Source: a virus (lineage: Duplodnaviria > Caudoviricetes). Taken from it: 52,676 nt of DNA. The notes below the pieces were generated by a model that saw only the letters and a program-made list of their open reading frames with translations, was not told the origin of the DNA and made no database searches. The stretch is taken from positions 1-52,676 of IMG/VR virus record IMGVR_UViG_3300043384_000025; one strand, 5' to 3'. Positions 9,236-17,459 of this stretch are shown here, piece by piece; position 1 is the stretch's first letter, and the number at the start of each line of letters is the position of its first letter. The position numbers and the translations under genes are program-made.

Positions 9236-9454
9236 ATGACACAGGACGAGCGCGAGGCGATGCGAACGGTGCTGCGAGAGAACATCGGCAAACTGATTCG
9301 CGATCTGTTGGTCGCGCCGCTGGAGGACGCATGCAAGGAGCGCCCGACCTCCGAAATCGATCGTGAGCTCCTCGAGATCGGGCGCGAGGTGTTGGCCGAC
9401 CTCACAGGACAGGTCGTCGAACCCAGCCTCATCAAGGGCGGGCCACACCTATGA
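9236..9454 (+). CDS. Hypothetical protein
   Basis: GGAGG upstream, 72 aa, coupled to the next gene. Confidence 0.6.
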   Translation: MTQDEREAMRTVLRENIGKLIRDLLVAPLEDACKERPTSEIDRELLEIGREVLADLTGQVVEPSLIKGGPHL

Positions 9455-9936
9455 GCGACACCGGCCCTGGCCCCAACGAGATCGTCGATCTGCCCGTCCC
9501 AGACGACTGGACTAAGTTGTTTGAGTCCCGCTTCCTTCACGCGGCGGACCTCGGCGGTCGCGATGTCGTGCTCAAGATCGAGCGGATGGTCTTCGAGGAG
9601 ATGCCGGACCCGAAGACGCCGAAGGCACGAAAGAAGATGGGCTCGCTCGTCTTCGAGGGACGAAAGAAGATCCTCGGGCTCAACCGGACTAATGCCACGT
9701 GCCTCAAGCAGATGTTCGGCCCCAAGCTCGCGACCTGGGTCGGCAAGCGCATCGGCCTCTACCCGACCACGGTGAGGATGCCGAAGCCGGGATCTCGGGA
9801 GATGGTCGACGAGCCCTGCATCCGCGTGCGCGGCTCGCCCGACATCGAGGCGGAGATCGTCTTCGAGCTCGTCTTGCCGCAGCGCGCGCCGATGACGGTC
9901 AAGCTCCAGCGGCTCGCCGCGGAGAAGAAGCCATGA
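9451..9936 (+). CDS. Conserved phage protein, possibly ssDNA-binding or annealing partner of the exonuclease
   Basis: FLHAADLGGRDV...LGLNRTNA...WVGKRI...CIRVR; function inferred from context only. Confidence 0.65.
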   Translation: MSDTGPGPNEIVDLPVPDDWTKLFESRFLHAADLGGRDVVLKIERMVFEEMPDPKTPKARKKMGSLVFEGRKKILGLNRTNATCLKQMFGPKLATWVGKRIGLYPTTVRMPKPGSREMVDEPCIRVRGSPDIEAEIVFELVLPQRAPMTVKLQRLAAEKKP

Positions 9937-10412
9937 GCGCTCTGGGCGAGGAATTTGTGGCCGTCGCCTTCACGGGCCACCGTCCGCCCCGCCTGCCCCT
10001 CGACGCATACCCGTCGGTCTACCTGGCCACCTTGGGCTTCCTGCGCGAGCTCAAGCCAGCCTGGGCTATTTGCGGCATGGCGCGTGGCTACGACTTGCTC
10101 GCGGCCGAGGTCTGCATCGCGCTCGGGATCCCATACATCGCGGCGATCCCATACCCGGATCAAGCCGAGCGGTGGACGCCCATGGATCGAATGACCTGGG
10201 AGTTGCTGAAACACCTAGCTGGGAGGGTGATCATCCTCTCGCAGGCCTACGCGCCGCGGAACAAGTGGATGGTCGACAACTGCGACCACCTGCTGGCGTG
10301 CTGGGACGGCGCGATCGGCGGCGGCACCGCGAGCACCGTCGCCTACGCTCGGCTGCGGGGGAAGCACGTCACGGTCTTTGCGCCGGCCCGTGAATCGAGG
10401 GTGGCCGAATGA
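9933..10412 (+). CDS. SLOG family (YspA/DUF1273-like) protein
   Basis: VAFTGHRP, GMARGYD, RNKWMVDNCD, GGTASTV. Confidence 0.85.
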   Translation: MSALGEEFVAVAFTGHRPPRLPLDAYPSVYLATLGFLRELKPAWAICGMARGYDLLAAEVCIALGIPYIAAIPYPDQAERWTPMDRMTWELLKHLAGRVIILSQAYAPRNKWMVDNCDHLLACWDGAIGGGTASTVAYARLRGKHVTVFAPARESRVAE

Positions 10413-11221
10413 TCGCCCAGGACCGCGCGCTCGTCTTCTTCGACCTCGAGGCCACGGGCGTCAACCCGCTCGATGACCGGATCATCGAGGTCTGCTTCCT
10501 CCGCCGAGAGATCGACGGTCGAGAGAGCGTCTTCGCATCGCTCGTGAATCCCGGCAGGCCGATCCCTCCGGACGCGACCGACGTCAATCGAATCACCGAT
10601 GCGATGGTCGCGGGCTTCCCGACGTTCAAGGAGCTGGCGCCGCAGATCCTCGAGATGCTCGCCGACGCCGACCTGGCGGGATTCAACATCCTCGGCTTCG
10701 ACATCCCGCTACTCGCCGCCGAGATCGCGCGAGCGGGCATGCTCCCGAGCTCGCCACCCAGGCGGCGGATCCTCGACGCCTACCTGATCTTTCACCGCCG
10801 GGAGCCGCACAGCCTCTCCGGTGCCGCGCGCCTCTACTGCGGGCTCGAGCTCGGCACCGAGGCACACCGCGCCGAGGCCGACGTGCGAGCGACGGCCGCG
10901 GTGCTCGATGCCCAGGTCGAGCGCTACGCCGACCTCGGGCGGAACGTCGCCGGCGTCGCCGAGTGGCTCAAGCAGAAGGATCCCCGCTTCGTCGACAAGG
11001 ACGGGAAGTTCTGCTGGGCGAATGGCGAGGCCGTATTTGCGTTCGGCAAGCACACCGGCAAGACGCTGCGCGCGGTCGCCGCCGGGGAGCGCGACCACCT
11101 CGAGTGGATGCTGAGGGCGTCGTTCTCTCGTGAGGTCGTCGCGCTCGTCAAGAAGGCGCTAGCGGGGGAGTTCCCGGTGCGGAACGGAGTCCCGGGGCCG
11201 GAACGGGAGGCGAAGCCATGA
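10409..11221 (+). CDS. DEDDh 3'-5' exonuclease (DnaQ-like)
   Basis: FFDLEATG, AGFNILGFD, AHRAEAD, FGKHTG. Confidence 0.9.
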   Translation: MIAQDRALVFFDLEATGVNPLDDRIIEVCFLRREIDGRESVFASLVNPGRPIPPDATDVNRITDAMVAGFPTFKELAPQILEMLADADLAGFNILGFDIPLLAAEIARAGMLPSSPPRRRILDAYLIFHRREPHSLSGAARLYCGLELGTEAHRAEADVRATAAVLDAQVERYADLGRNVAGVAEWLKQKDPRFVDKDGKFCWANGEAVFAFGKHTGKTLRAVAAGERDHLEWMLRASFSREVVALVKKALAGEFPVRNGVPGPEREAKP

Positions 11222-11412
11222 CCGAGACGAAAAACGAGTGGATCATCTGCAAGGGCAATCGGGTGAAGTTGGACGAGGTCAAGATGCCTTGGCTGACCCC
11301 GACACAGAGGGCCTGGCGCTGTCCGATGTGCGGATGCGTCACCTTCGAGGATTCGGCACTGGAGGCGAAGGACGCGGCGGTCAGGGCAATCCTGTTGGGC
11401 GAGGAGGCATAG
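11218..11412 (+). CDS. Small hypothetical protein (CxxC)
   Basis: 64 aa coupled ORF filling the gap between neighbours. Confidence 0.55.
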   Translation: MTETKNEWIICKGNRVKLDEVKMPWLTPTQRAWRCPMCGCVTFEDSALEAKDAAVRAILLGEEA

Positions 11413-11414
11413 CA

Positions 11415-12782
11415 ATGGCGAAGATCATTCGGCTTGTCGGTGAGAATTTCAAACGCATCCGCGCAATCGAAATCCTCCCGACCGGCAACGTCGTCCAAAT
11501 CCGCGGAGCCAACGGCGCCGGGAAGTCGTCGGTCCTCGATGCTATCGCGGCGGCCGTCGGCGGGGAGCGGCTCTGCCCCGAGATCCCGATCAAGCGCGGC
11601 GAGGACAAGGCCTCCGTCACCGTGGAGACCGAGGACCTCACGATCACCAGGCGCTGGACCTCGAAGGGCTCTTACCTCGAGGTCGCCGCGAAGGACGGCT
11701 CGATCTTCCGGAGCCCCCAGCGCGTCCTCGATGCCCTGACCGGCTCGCTCTCATTCGATCCGCTCTCGTTTACCCGCTTCGAGCCGGCGAAGCAGCTGAA
11801 GCTCGCGAGCGAGCTCGTCGGGGTCGACCTGGCCGACCTCGATGTCGAGCGTCGCAAGGCGTACGACGAGCGCACCGTGGTCAATCGGGAGGCCGAGCGG
11901 CTCGCGGCGCAGGTGCCGTCCCCGGTCGTGGGCGAGGTGCCAGATGAGGAGGTGAGCCTCGAGAAGGTGCTCGCTGAGCTGGAGCAGGCCGAGCACCAAA
12001 AGCGCGTGCACGAGAGCAAGCGCACCGAGCTCGCGCTACTCCGAGAGGAGCACAAGGCGACCACCGCGAAGATCGCCGACCTCAAGGGCGACCTCGCCGA
12101 GGAGGAGGGTCGCCTCGCCGCGCTCGCGACGCAGGGCAAGATCCTCGCCGCCGGGCTCGTCGGCTTGAAGGACCCCGACATCGCCGCGGCGCGGGCGCGG
12201 GCTCTTGCGGTGCAGGAAACCAACGGGCGGGTGCGCCAGAAGAAGGATCGGCTCGAGCGCCAGGCCCAGGCCCAGGTGAAGAAGGCCGAGGCTCTCGCGC
12301 TCACCGCCCGCCTTTCGGCGATCGAGGAGGAGCGGGCGAAGCGGATCGCCGCGGCGAAGTTCCCCGTCGAAGGCCTCGGCCTGGGCGAGGGCGGGCTGAC
12401 GCTCAACGGGCTTCCCTTCGAGCAGGCCTCGAGCGCCGAGAAGCTCCGGGTGAGCCTCGCGATGGGGCTCGCCCTGAATCCGAAGCTCAAGATCATCCTC
12501 ATCCGCGACGGCTCGCTCCTCGACGAGACGAGCCTCGCGCTGGTCACCGAGATGGCGGCCGCCGCTGACGCGCAGGTCTGGCTCGAGATGGTGTCGACGG
12601 ATGGGGGCCCGGTCGGGATCCTGATCGAAGACGGGATGGTCGCCGGCGCCGCCGCTCCGAGCGCGAGCCCGAAGCGGAAGCGAGACGCTCCTTCGCCGGA
12701 CGCGGCGCCCGCGGCACCGGAGCCAGAGGCGCCGAGCCAGGCCGCGAGCTCGTCCACAGCTGAAGACAACTGCCCGTTCTGA
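11415..12782 (+). CDS. Rad50/SbcC-like ATPase
   Basis: GGAGG RBS; ENFKRI, GANGAGKSS, coiled coil, ASSAEK signature, ILIRDGSLLD. Confidence 0.88.
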   Translation: MAKIIRLVGENFKRIRAIEILPTGNVVQIRGANGAGKSSVLDAIAAAVGGERLCPEIPIKRGEDKASVTVETEDLTITRRWTSKGSYLEVAAKDGSIFRSPQRVLDALTGSLSFDPLSFTRFEPAKQLKLASELVGVDLADLDVERRKAYDERTVVNREAERLAAQVPSPVVGEVPDEEVSLEKVLAELEQAEHQKRVHESKRTELALLREEHKATTAKIADLKGDLAEEEGRLAALATQGKILAAGLVGLKDPDIAAARARALAVQETNGRVRQKKDRLERQAQAQVKKAEALALTARLSAIEEERAKRIAAAKFPVEGLGLGEGGLTLNGLPFEQASSAEKLRVSLAMGLALNPKLKIILIRDGSLLDETSLALVTEMAAAADAQVWLEMVSTDGGPVGILIEDGMVAGAAAPSASPKRKRDAPSPDAAPAAPEPEAPSQAASSSTAEDNCPF

Positions 12783-12799
12783 CAGCCCGGGGGCGTCCA

Positions 12800-13144
12800 A
12801 TGTCACGACGACCGGAACAGCCGGGCGCGACTCGCCCGTCGACTCCTCACCTCGATCTGCGCGCGGCCGAGTGGGCTGCACAGCTCGTCGACGAACGCGG
12901 CTGGCGACCTGACACCGCGCTGGCGCACGCGCGCGCCGCGTACTCGCTCCCGGGTGGGCGACAGGCCGGCGCCGATGCCACGCTGACCGCCGAGTTCCGC
13001 GCGGCGCTCGTGCGACAGAGTGCCGCGCGCCGTGACGCGGGGGCGATGACGCCGCCGGACGCGGGCCTCGCGATCGAGCAAGCCGGCTCGCTCGACGCGC
13101 ACTCACGGAGAAGCCGCGCAGCGAAACGAAGGGCGGCGCGATGA
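12800..13144 (+). CDS. Hypothetical protein
   Basis: Operon position; stop overlaps the next ATG. Confidence 0.5.
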   Translation: MSRRPEQPGATRPSTPHLDLRAAEWAAQLVDERGWRPDTALAHARAAYSLPGGRQAGADATLTAEFRAALVRQSAARRDAGAMTPPDAGLAIEQAGSLDAHSRRSRAAKRRAAR

Positions 13145-13401
13145 GCCACGCTCGCGAAGGGTGGCCCGAGCTCATGGACGCCAGGGCGAAGGCGCGTCGA
13201 GCCGAAACGGTGGCCGACGTCCTGAGCGCCCAGGTGCAGCGCCTGCTAGACGAGTCCGACGAGCTCGCCGCCGAGCTCCACCGCACCCGCCGCACCGCCC
13301 GCGCCCGCGTCCACCGGCTGACGGAGCGCATCCGCATGCTACGCGCGGCCTTCGATGACGTGGCAACGAAACAGCAAACCCGAGAGGAGACCGCGCCATG
13401 A
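13141..13401 (+). CDS. Hypothetical coiled-coil protein
   Basis: Coupled ORF, 86 aa. Confidence 0.6.
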   Translation: MSHAREGWPELMDARAKARRAETVADVLSAQVQRLLDESDELAAELHRTRRTARARVHRLTERIRMLRAAFDDVATKQQTREETAP

Positions 13402-13976
13402 ACCGCAAGGGCAGAGAAGTGATCGAGACGAAGACCGAGGACCTGCTCGTCGTACTCGAAGAGGACGAGATCAACGAGCGCGCACGCAAGCTCGCCGCGA
13501 AACAGGGCGAGCTCGAGCACCAAATCGATGAAGGGCGCCGCATCCAGGGCGAGCAGGCCACGAGGCGCAAGGCCATCGAGGCGGAGATCAAGGGCCTCGG
13601 CGACGCCGTCCGCGAAGGGACGGAGCTGCGCCCGGTGGTCGTCGAGATCATCGCGAACTATTCGAAGGCCACCATCCAAGAGATCCGAGAGGACACGGGG
13701 AAGGTGATCATCGAGCGGGCGATGCGGGCCGACGAGCGGCAGATCGGGATCCCCATGAACGAGATCAAGAACGAGTCCCCGAAGGCGGTCGCAAAGCGGC
13801 TCTTCGCCGATGGCGTCCGCCCCGAGGACGTCGGGATCGAGCAGAGGGTCAGCGATGCCGCGGCGGCGGCGCACGTCGAGATCGCCGCGGTGCTCGAGGC
13901 GCTGGTCGACCTCGCCGAGGAGGCGGCCGCGAGGAAGGGCAAGCGCAAGGGCGGCGATGGCGAGGCGACGCCGTGA
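13398..13976 (+). CDS. Hypothetical protein
   Basis: GAGGAG RBS, strong GC3 bias, 192 aa. Confidence 0.7.
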   Translation: MNRKGREVIETKTEDLLVVLEEDEINERARKLAAKQGELEHQIDEGRRIQGEQATRRKAIEAEIKGLGDAVREGTELRPVVVEIIANYSKATIQEIREDTGKVIIERAMRADERQIGIPMNEIKNESPKAVAKRLFADGVRPEDVGIEQRVSDAAAAAHVEIAAVLEALVDLAEEAAARKGKRKGGDGEATP

Positions 13977-14587
13977 GCGCACGCATCGGCGCATGGTCGC
14001 AGACCTACACGGGCCGCCAATACTGGCCGCAGGACCCGCGCCCCGAGGACGTTGACCCGATCGACATCGCGCACGCCCTGTCGCTGCAATGTCGTTTCGG
14101 CGGCCACTGCAAGTGGCATTACTCGGTAGCGCAGCACTCGCTTCTTGTGGCCGAACTCCTCGGCTCAATGCCCGCGCAGGGGCCTGGTACCTGCGACTGG
14201 GGCTTGCTGCACGATGCCTCCGAGGCATACATGGTCGACCTCCCGAGGCCGCTGAAGAACCACTCGGCGATGGGCCTCGAATACAAGCGGATCGAAGCAC
14301 TGAACATGAGAGCGATCTGGGCGCGCTTCGGGCTCGTCGGACCGCAACCCGAGGCTGTCGCAATCGCCGACGAAGTGGCGTTGGCGATGGAGTTTCGCGA
14401 CGTCATGGGGTTGCCTCCGGATGCGCTGAATCTCCAGCAGGCGCCGGCGTCCCCCATCATCACTCGCATGAGCCCGGAGGCTTGCGAGGCGATCTTCCTC
14501 AATACCCTCGGCGTGCTCCTCGAAGCCCGAAGGGACGAGCAGGCGGGGTGGTCTTCGGCACATCTCCTCGCGCTCGAAGAACGATGA
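13973..14587 (+). CDS. HD-domain phosphohydrolase (YfdR/YfbR-like 5'-deoxynucleotidase)
   Basis: DIAHALS..CRFGGH..YSVAQHS...LLHDASEAY..DLPRPLK. Contains solo repeat S2 in frame. Confidence 0.9.
   Translation: MSARIGAWSQTYTGRQYWPQDPRPEDVDPIDIAHALSLQCRFGGHCKWHYSVAQHSLLVAELLGSMPAQGPGTCDWGLLHDASEAYMVDLPRPLKNHSAMGLEYKRIEALNMRAIWARFGLVGPQPEAVAIADEVALAMEFRDVMGLPPDALNLQQAPASPIITRMSPEACEAIFLNTLGVLLEARRDEQAGWSSAHLLALEER
14162..14197 (+). repeat. Solo CRISPR repeat S2, in frame in the HD hydrolase gene
   Basis: GGCTCAATGCCCGCGCAGGGGCCTGGTACCTGCGAC; stem CGCAGG/CCTGCG fully compensated. Confidence 0.85.
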
Positions 14588-14712
14588 AATGCCAACCGGG
14601 CCCCTGAGCTCGGCGCGGAGCACGTGCGGTCTCCGTGGCGACAGAACAACCGCACGCTGGGCCCGCCGGCGGCCGAGTCACCGCCGGCGGGCGCCATCCA
14701 AAGGAGGTCCAA

Positions 14713-14997
14713 ATGGCAACGCTGGTCATTCACATGCTGGACGGGACGGTCGTTCGAAAAACCGTTCCGGTCGTCGAAGCTGTCGCGATACATCTACTGC
14801 GCGCCATGCTCCGGATGCCGCCCGGCGCGCGAGTCGGGCCGGTCTCGTCGAGCGAGGTCTTGCTCCTCGCCGTGCACTCCCTGACCGCGTGTCCCCAGTG
14901 CGGCGCGGACGGCTTTGGCAACCCGGGCGGATGCCAGGTGTGCGCGCTCGGGCGAAAGGTTGTCGAGACGTTCAAGAATGGGAAGGCGTCGGCATAA
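14713..14997 (+). CDS. Small Zn-finger protein upstream of cas12
   Basis: AAGGAGG RBS; CPQC...CQVC; 94 aa. Confidence 0.7.
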   Translation: MATLVIHMLDGTVVRKTVPVVEAVAIHLLRAMLRMPPGARVGPVSSSEVLLLAVHSLTACPQCGADGFGNPGGCQVCALGRKVVETFKNGKASA

Positions 14998-15005
14998 AGG
15001 CGGCC

Positions 15006-15041
15006 ATATCAATGCCCGCGCGGAGGCCTGGTATCCGCGAC
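15006..15041 (+). repeat. Solo CRISPR repeat S3 in the cas12 5' region
   Basis: ATATCAATGCCCGCGCGGAGGCCTGGTATCCGCGAC, ending 42 nt before the cas12 ATG. Confidence 0.93.
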
Positions 15042-15083
15042 TGCGCGCTCGGGACGTCGAGGATCCGAAGAGGAGGCATTGCA

Positions 15084-16790
15084 ATGATCGTCTACAAATA
15101 TCGCATCTACCCAGACGAATCCGATCCGATGCTGCGCCAGATCCTGATGAGGGGAGAACGCTTCGCGCGGGTGATGACCGAGATCCATCAGCGTTACAAA
15201 GAGGCGGCTGCCGATCGCAAGCTTGTCGCGGTCGAGCAGCGCCGGGACTTCGCCTTGCTGGCCAAGTCGAGATTCCTCGCCGAGGCTAGGGACGCCAGGG
15301 CCCATTCCGGGCTCCACGGTAGCACCTGTAGCGCGATATCTGCCGCGCGCGACCAGGCCGCGCGTACGACCTCGCGCAAGTGCCTGCTCGCCAAGAAGGG
15401 CGGGGTGTGCCGCTGCGGCGAAGAGCATGCCGAGGGTACGCGCATTTGGATGCAATTCGAGCCACGGGTGGCAATCGTGGGGTGCCCGTTCTGCGGCCGA
15501 GGCCTTCGCATGCCGATCTCCGGAGAAGGGGGCGTCATCGGCGGGCAGATTCGCCACGACCGGCGATATTGCACGACAGACGAGATCCTCGGCGGCGAGT
15601 CTAGCGCCGTGCGCATTACTGGGACGGGGCGCGACCGCGTCGTACATCGTCGCGTGGCCGCCGCCGACGGAGAACCGGTATGGCTCTCGGCGCCGATGGT
15701 CTACCATCGCCCTCTGCCTCCTGGAGAGGGGGCGCGAGATGCTAGATTCGTGCGGCGTCGCATCGGCCATCACGCCGAGTGGCACGTGCTATTAACGATC
15801 GACTCCGAGTCATCGAGGCTTCCGAGCCCGACAAAGGGGTCCGTCGGCATCGATCTCGGCTGGCGACAGATGGACACCGGCGAGCTCCGAGTCGCAGCGT
15901 GGCGTGACGACACCGGCGCAGAGGGAGAGGTCCGCATCCCGGCGCAACTCGTTCGAGACATGCGCTCTGTCGACGAATTGCAGTCGACCAGGTCGACCAA
16001 CCTGGACGCGCTCCGAGACGCCCTGGTACTCGCCCGTGAGAGCTGGCCCGCGGGACTCTCCGAGGCGACTCGCTCGCTCCATCAATGGCGGTCACCAGAT
16101 CGGTTCGTGAGGCTCATGTACCGCATTCGCCGGGAAGCGCCAGGCGTCGCCGGAGCGGGCGCACTACGCGACTGGTATCGACGCCTGGACGACACCGGCC
16201 TGGCCCACGGAGAGAGCCATCTCAGAGAATGGGCGGAGCACCAGCGGGAGCATTGCCTGCTACGGAGAAAGGAGTTCTTTCGCTTGCAGGCACGGCAGTT
16301 CGCGGCGTACCGCGAAATGCATTGCGAGGACCTCGACCTATCCAAGTTGGCCAGACTCGCGGACGACCCCGAAGAGCGCCTCGCCAGGAAGGCGAGGCAT
16401 AACCGGATGCTTGCCGCGCCGAGCTACCTGCGCGCCGACATATTGTCATGCGTCGAACGGGCCGGCGGGCTGGTGGTCAAAGTGGACCCGGCGTACACCA
16501 CGCAGAAGTGCCCGATGTGCGGCCTCGTCTCCAGGTTGGACCCGATGCCGATCATACATACCTGCCCCGAGTGCGGTGTGACGCTCGACCAAGACCTCAA
16601 GGCAGCCGAAAACATTCGGCGAGCGCCGAGGTGCTCGCCGCCGAAGGGACCCCGCTCGCAGCCGCAAGATGCCGAGGTCGCAAAGCTTTCCGCATGGGCG
16701 CGCAGAAAGGCAGCCAAGACAGCACGAGAAGCGGAGGACCGCTCGCAAGGCGACTTGCAAGTGGTCGACAACATTGACATCGCAAAGTGA
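15084..16790 (+). CDS. cas12m: Compact type V CRISPR effector, Cas12m-like (V-M/V-U1, TnpB-derived), 568 aa
   Basis: AGGAGG RBS; N-terminal VYKYRI; MVYHRPLP; RuvC-I VGIDLGWR (D257); RuvC-II CEDLDL (E415); AAPSYLR; TTQKCPMCG...CPECG; RuvC-III DQDLKAAENI (D504). Stop is 3 nt from the first repeat. Subtype assigned from remembered motifs, not from a search. Confidence 0.85.
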   Translation: MIVYKYRIYPDESDPMLRQILMRGERFARVMTEIHQRYKEAAADRKLVAVEQRRDFALLAKSRFLAEARDARAHSGLHGSTCSAISAARDQAARTTSRKCLLAKKGGVCRCGEEHAEGTRIWMQFEPRVAIVGCPFCGRGLRMPISGEGGVIGGQIRHDRRYCTTDEILGGESSAVRITGTGRDRVVHRRVAAADGEPVWLSAPMVYHRPLPPGEGARDARFVRRRIGHHAEWHVLLTIDSESSRLPSPTKGSVGIDLGWRQMDTGELRVAAWRDDTGAEGEVRIPAQLVRDMRSVDELQSTRSTNLDALRDALVLARESWPAGLSEATRSLHQWRSPDRFVRLMYRIRREAPGVAGAGALRDWYRRLDDTGLAHGESHLREWAEHQREHCLLRRKEFFRLQARQFAAYREMHCEDLDLSKLARLADDPEERLARKARHNRMLAAPSYLRADILSCVERAGGLVVKVDPAYTTQKCPMCGLVSRLDPMPIIHTCPECGVTLDQDLKAAENIRRAPRCSPPKGPRSQPQDAEVAKLSAWARRKAAKTAREAEDRSQGDLQVVDNIDIAK

Positions 16791-16793
16791 CCC

Positions 16794-17390
16794 CTCTCAA
16801 TGCCTGCGCGGAGGCTTGGTATCCGCGACCTCTCCGAGGCGGTGCGCTTCGACCCGAAGGGCTTCTCTCAATGCCTGCGCGGAGGCTTGGTATCCGCGAC
16901 GAGCTGGTCTCCGTGCATGCAGCCGTCACCACGCACTCTCAATGCCTGCGCGGAGGCTTGGTATCCGCGACGAGGCAGATCATGACTCGCATACCAGCCT
17001 ATCTCCCTCTCAATGCCTGCGCGGAGGCTTGGTATCCGCGACTTGATGCTCTCGAGCATTTCGCGCGAGGGGGCGCGCTCTCAATGCCTGCGCGGAGGCT
17101 TGGTATCCGCGACTGCCAGCTCGGGACGATGCCCGCGAAGAGGCTCGCCCGTCCCCTTTCAATGCCTGCGGAGAGGCCTTGTATCTCCGACCTCGAGCGC
17201 CCGGTCGAGCTCGGCGCGGGTGGCCGGCTTTCAATGCCTGCGGAGAGGCTTGGTGTCTCCGACCGTGGGCTCGTGCTCGTCGCGCCGCCGCAATCTCGAG
17301 CTCTCAATGCCTGCGCAGAGGCTTTGTTTCTGCGACGCGCGGATTCTCCTATTACTCTCAATGCCTGCGAAGAGGCTTTGTATCTTCGAC
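16794..17390 (+). CRISPR. CRISPR array, 9 repeats of 36 nt and 8 spacers
   Basis: Consensus CTCTCAATGCCTGCGCGGAGGCTTGGTATCCGCGAC. Starts at 16794, 16865, 16936, 17007, 17078 (identical) and 17156, 17228, 17301, 17355 (variants). Spacers are 35, 35, 35, 35, 42, 36, 37 and 18 nt. Confidence 0.97.
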
Positions 17391-17394
17391 TCGC

Positions 17395-17426
17395 GCCGCC
17401 CTCCCGCACCGGGCGGCATTCTCTTT
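17395..17426 (+). terminator. Putative terminator hairpin after the array
   Basis: GCCGCCC-N9-GGGCGGC followed by ATTCTCTTT (weak U tract). Confidence 0.45.
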
Positions 17427-17459
17427 GATATCTTCGCCGACGACCGCAGGGAGTGATAG

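Noticed and set aside
12036-14363. Long antisense or alternate-frame ORFs (also 781-2031, 26310-28535, 40504-42009, 45336-47408)
   Set aside because: Shadow ORFs expected at about 70% GC, overlapping well-supported genes and lacking motifs or RBS.
14589-15083. 165-aa N-terminal extension of the 733-aa ORF
   Set aside because: It overlaps a better gene (14713-14997) and repeat S3. AGGAGG plus ATG at 15084 gives a typical effector N-terminus.
15084-16790. IS200/IS605 or IS607 TnpB transposon
   Set aside because: No TnpA or IS ends are visible, the protein is longer than typical TnpB, and it abuts a real array.
16669-17456. ORFs across the array with repeated MPARRLGIRD or LNACAEAW peptides
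   Set aside because: These are translations of stop-free CRISPR repeats, with no RBS or domain support.
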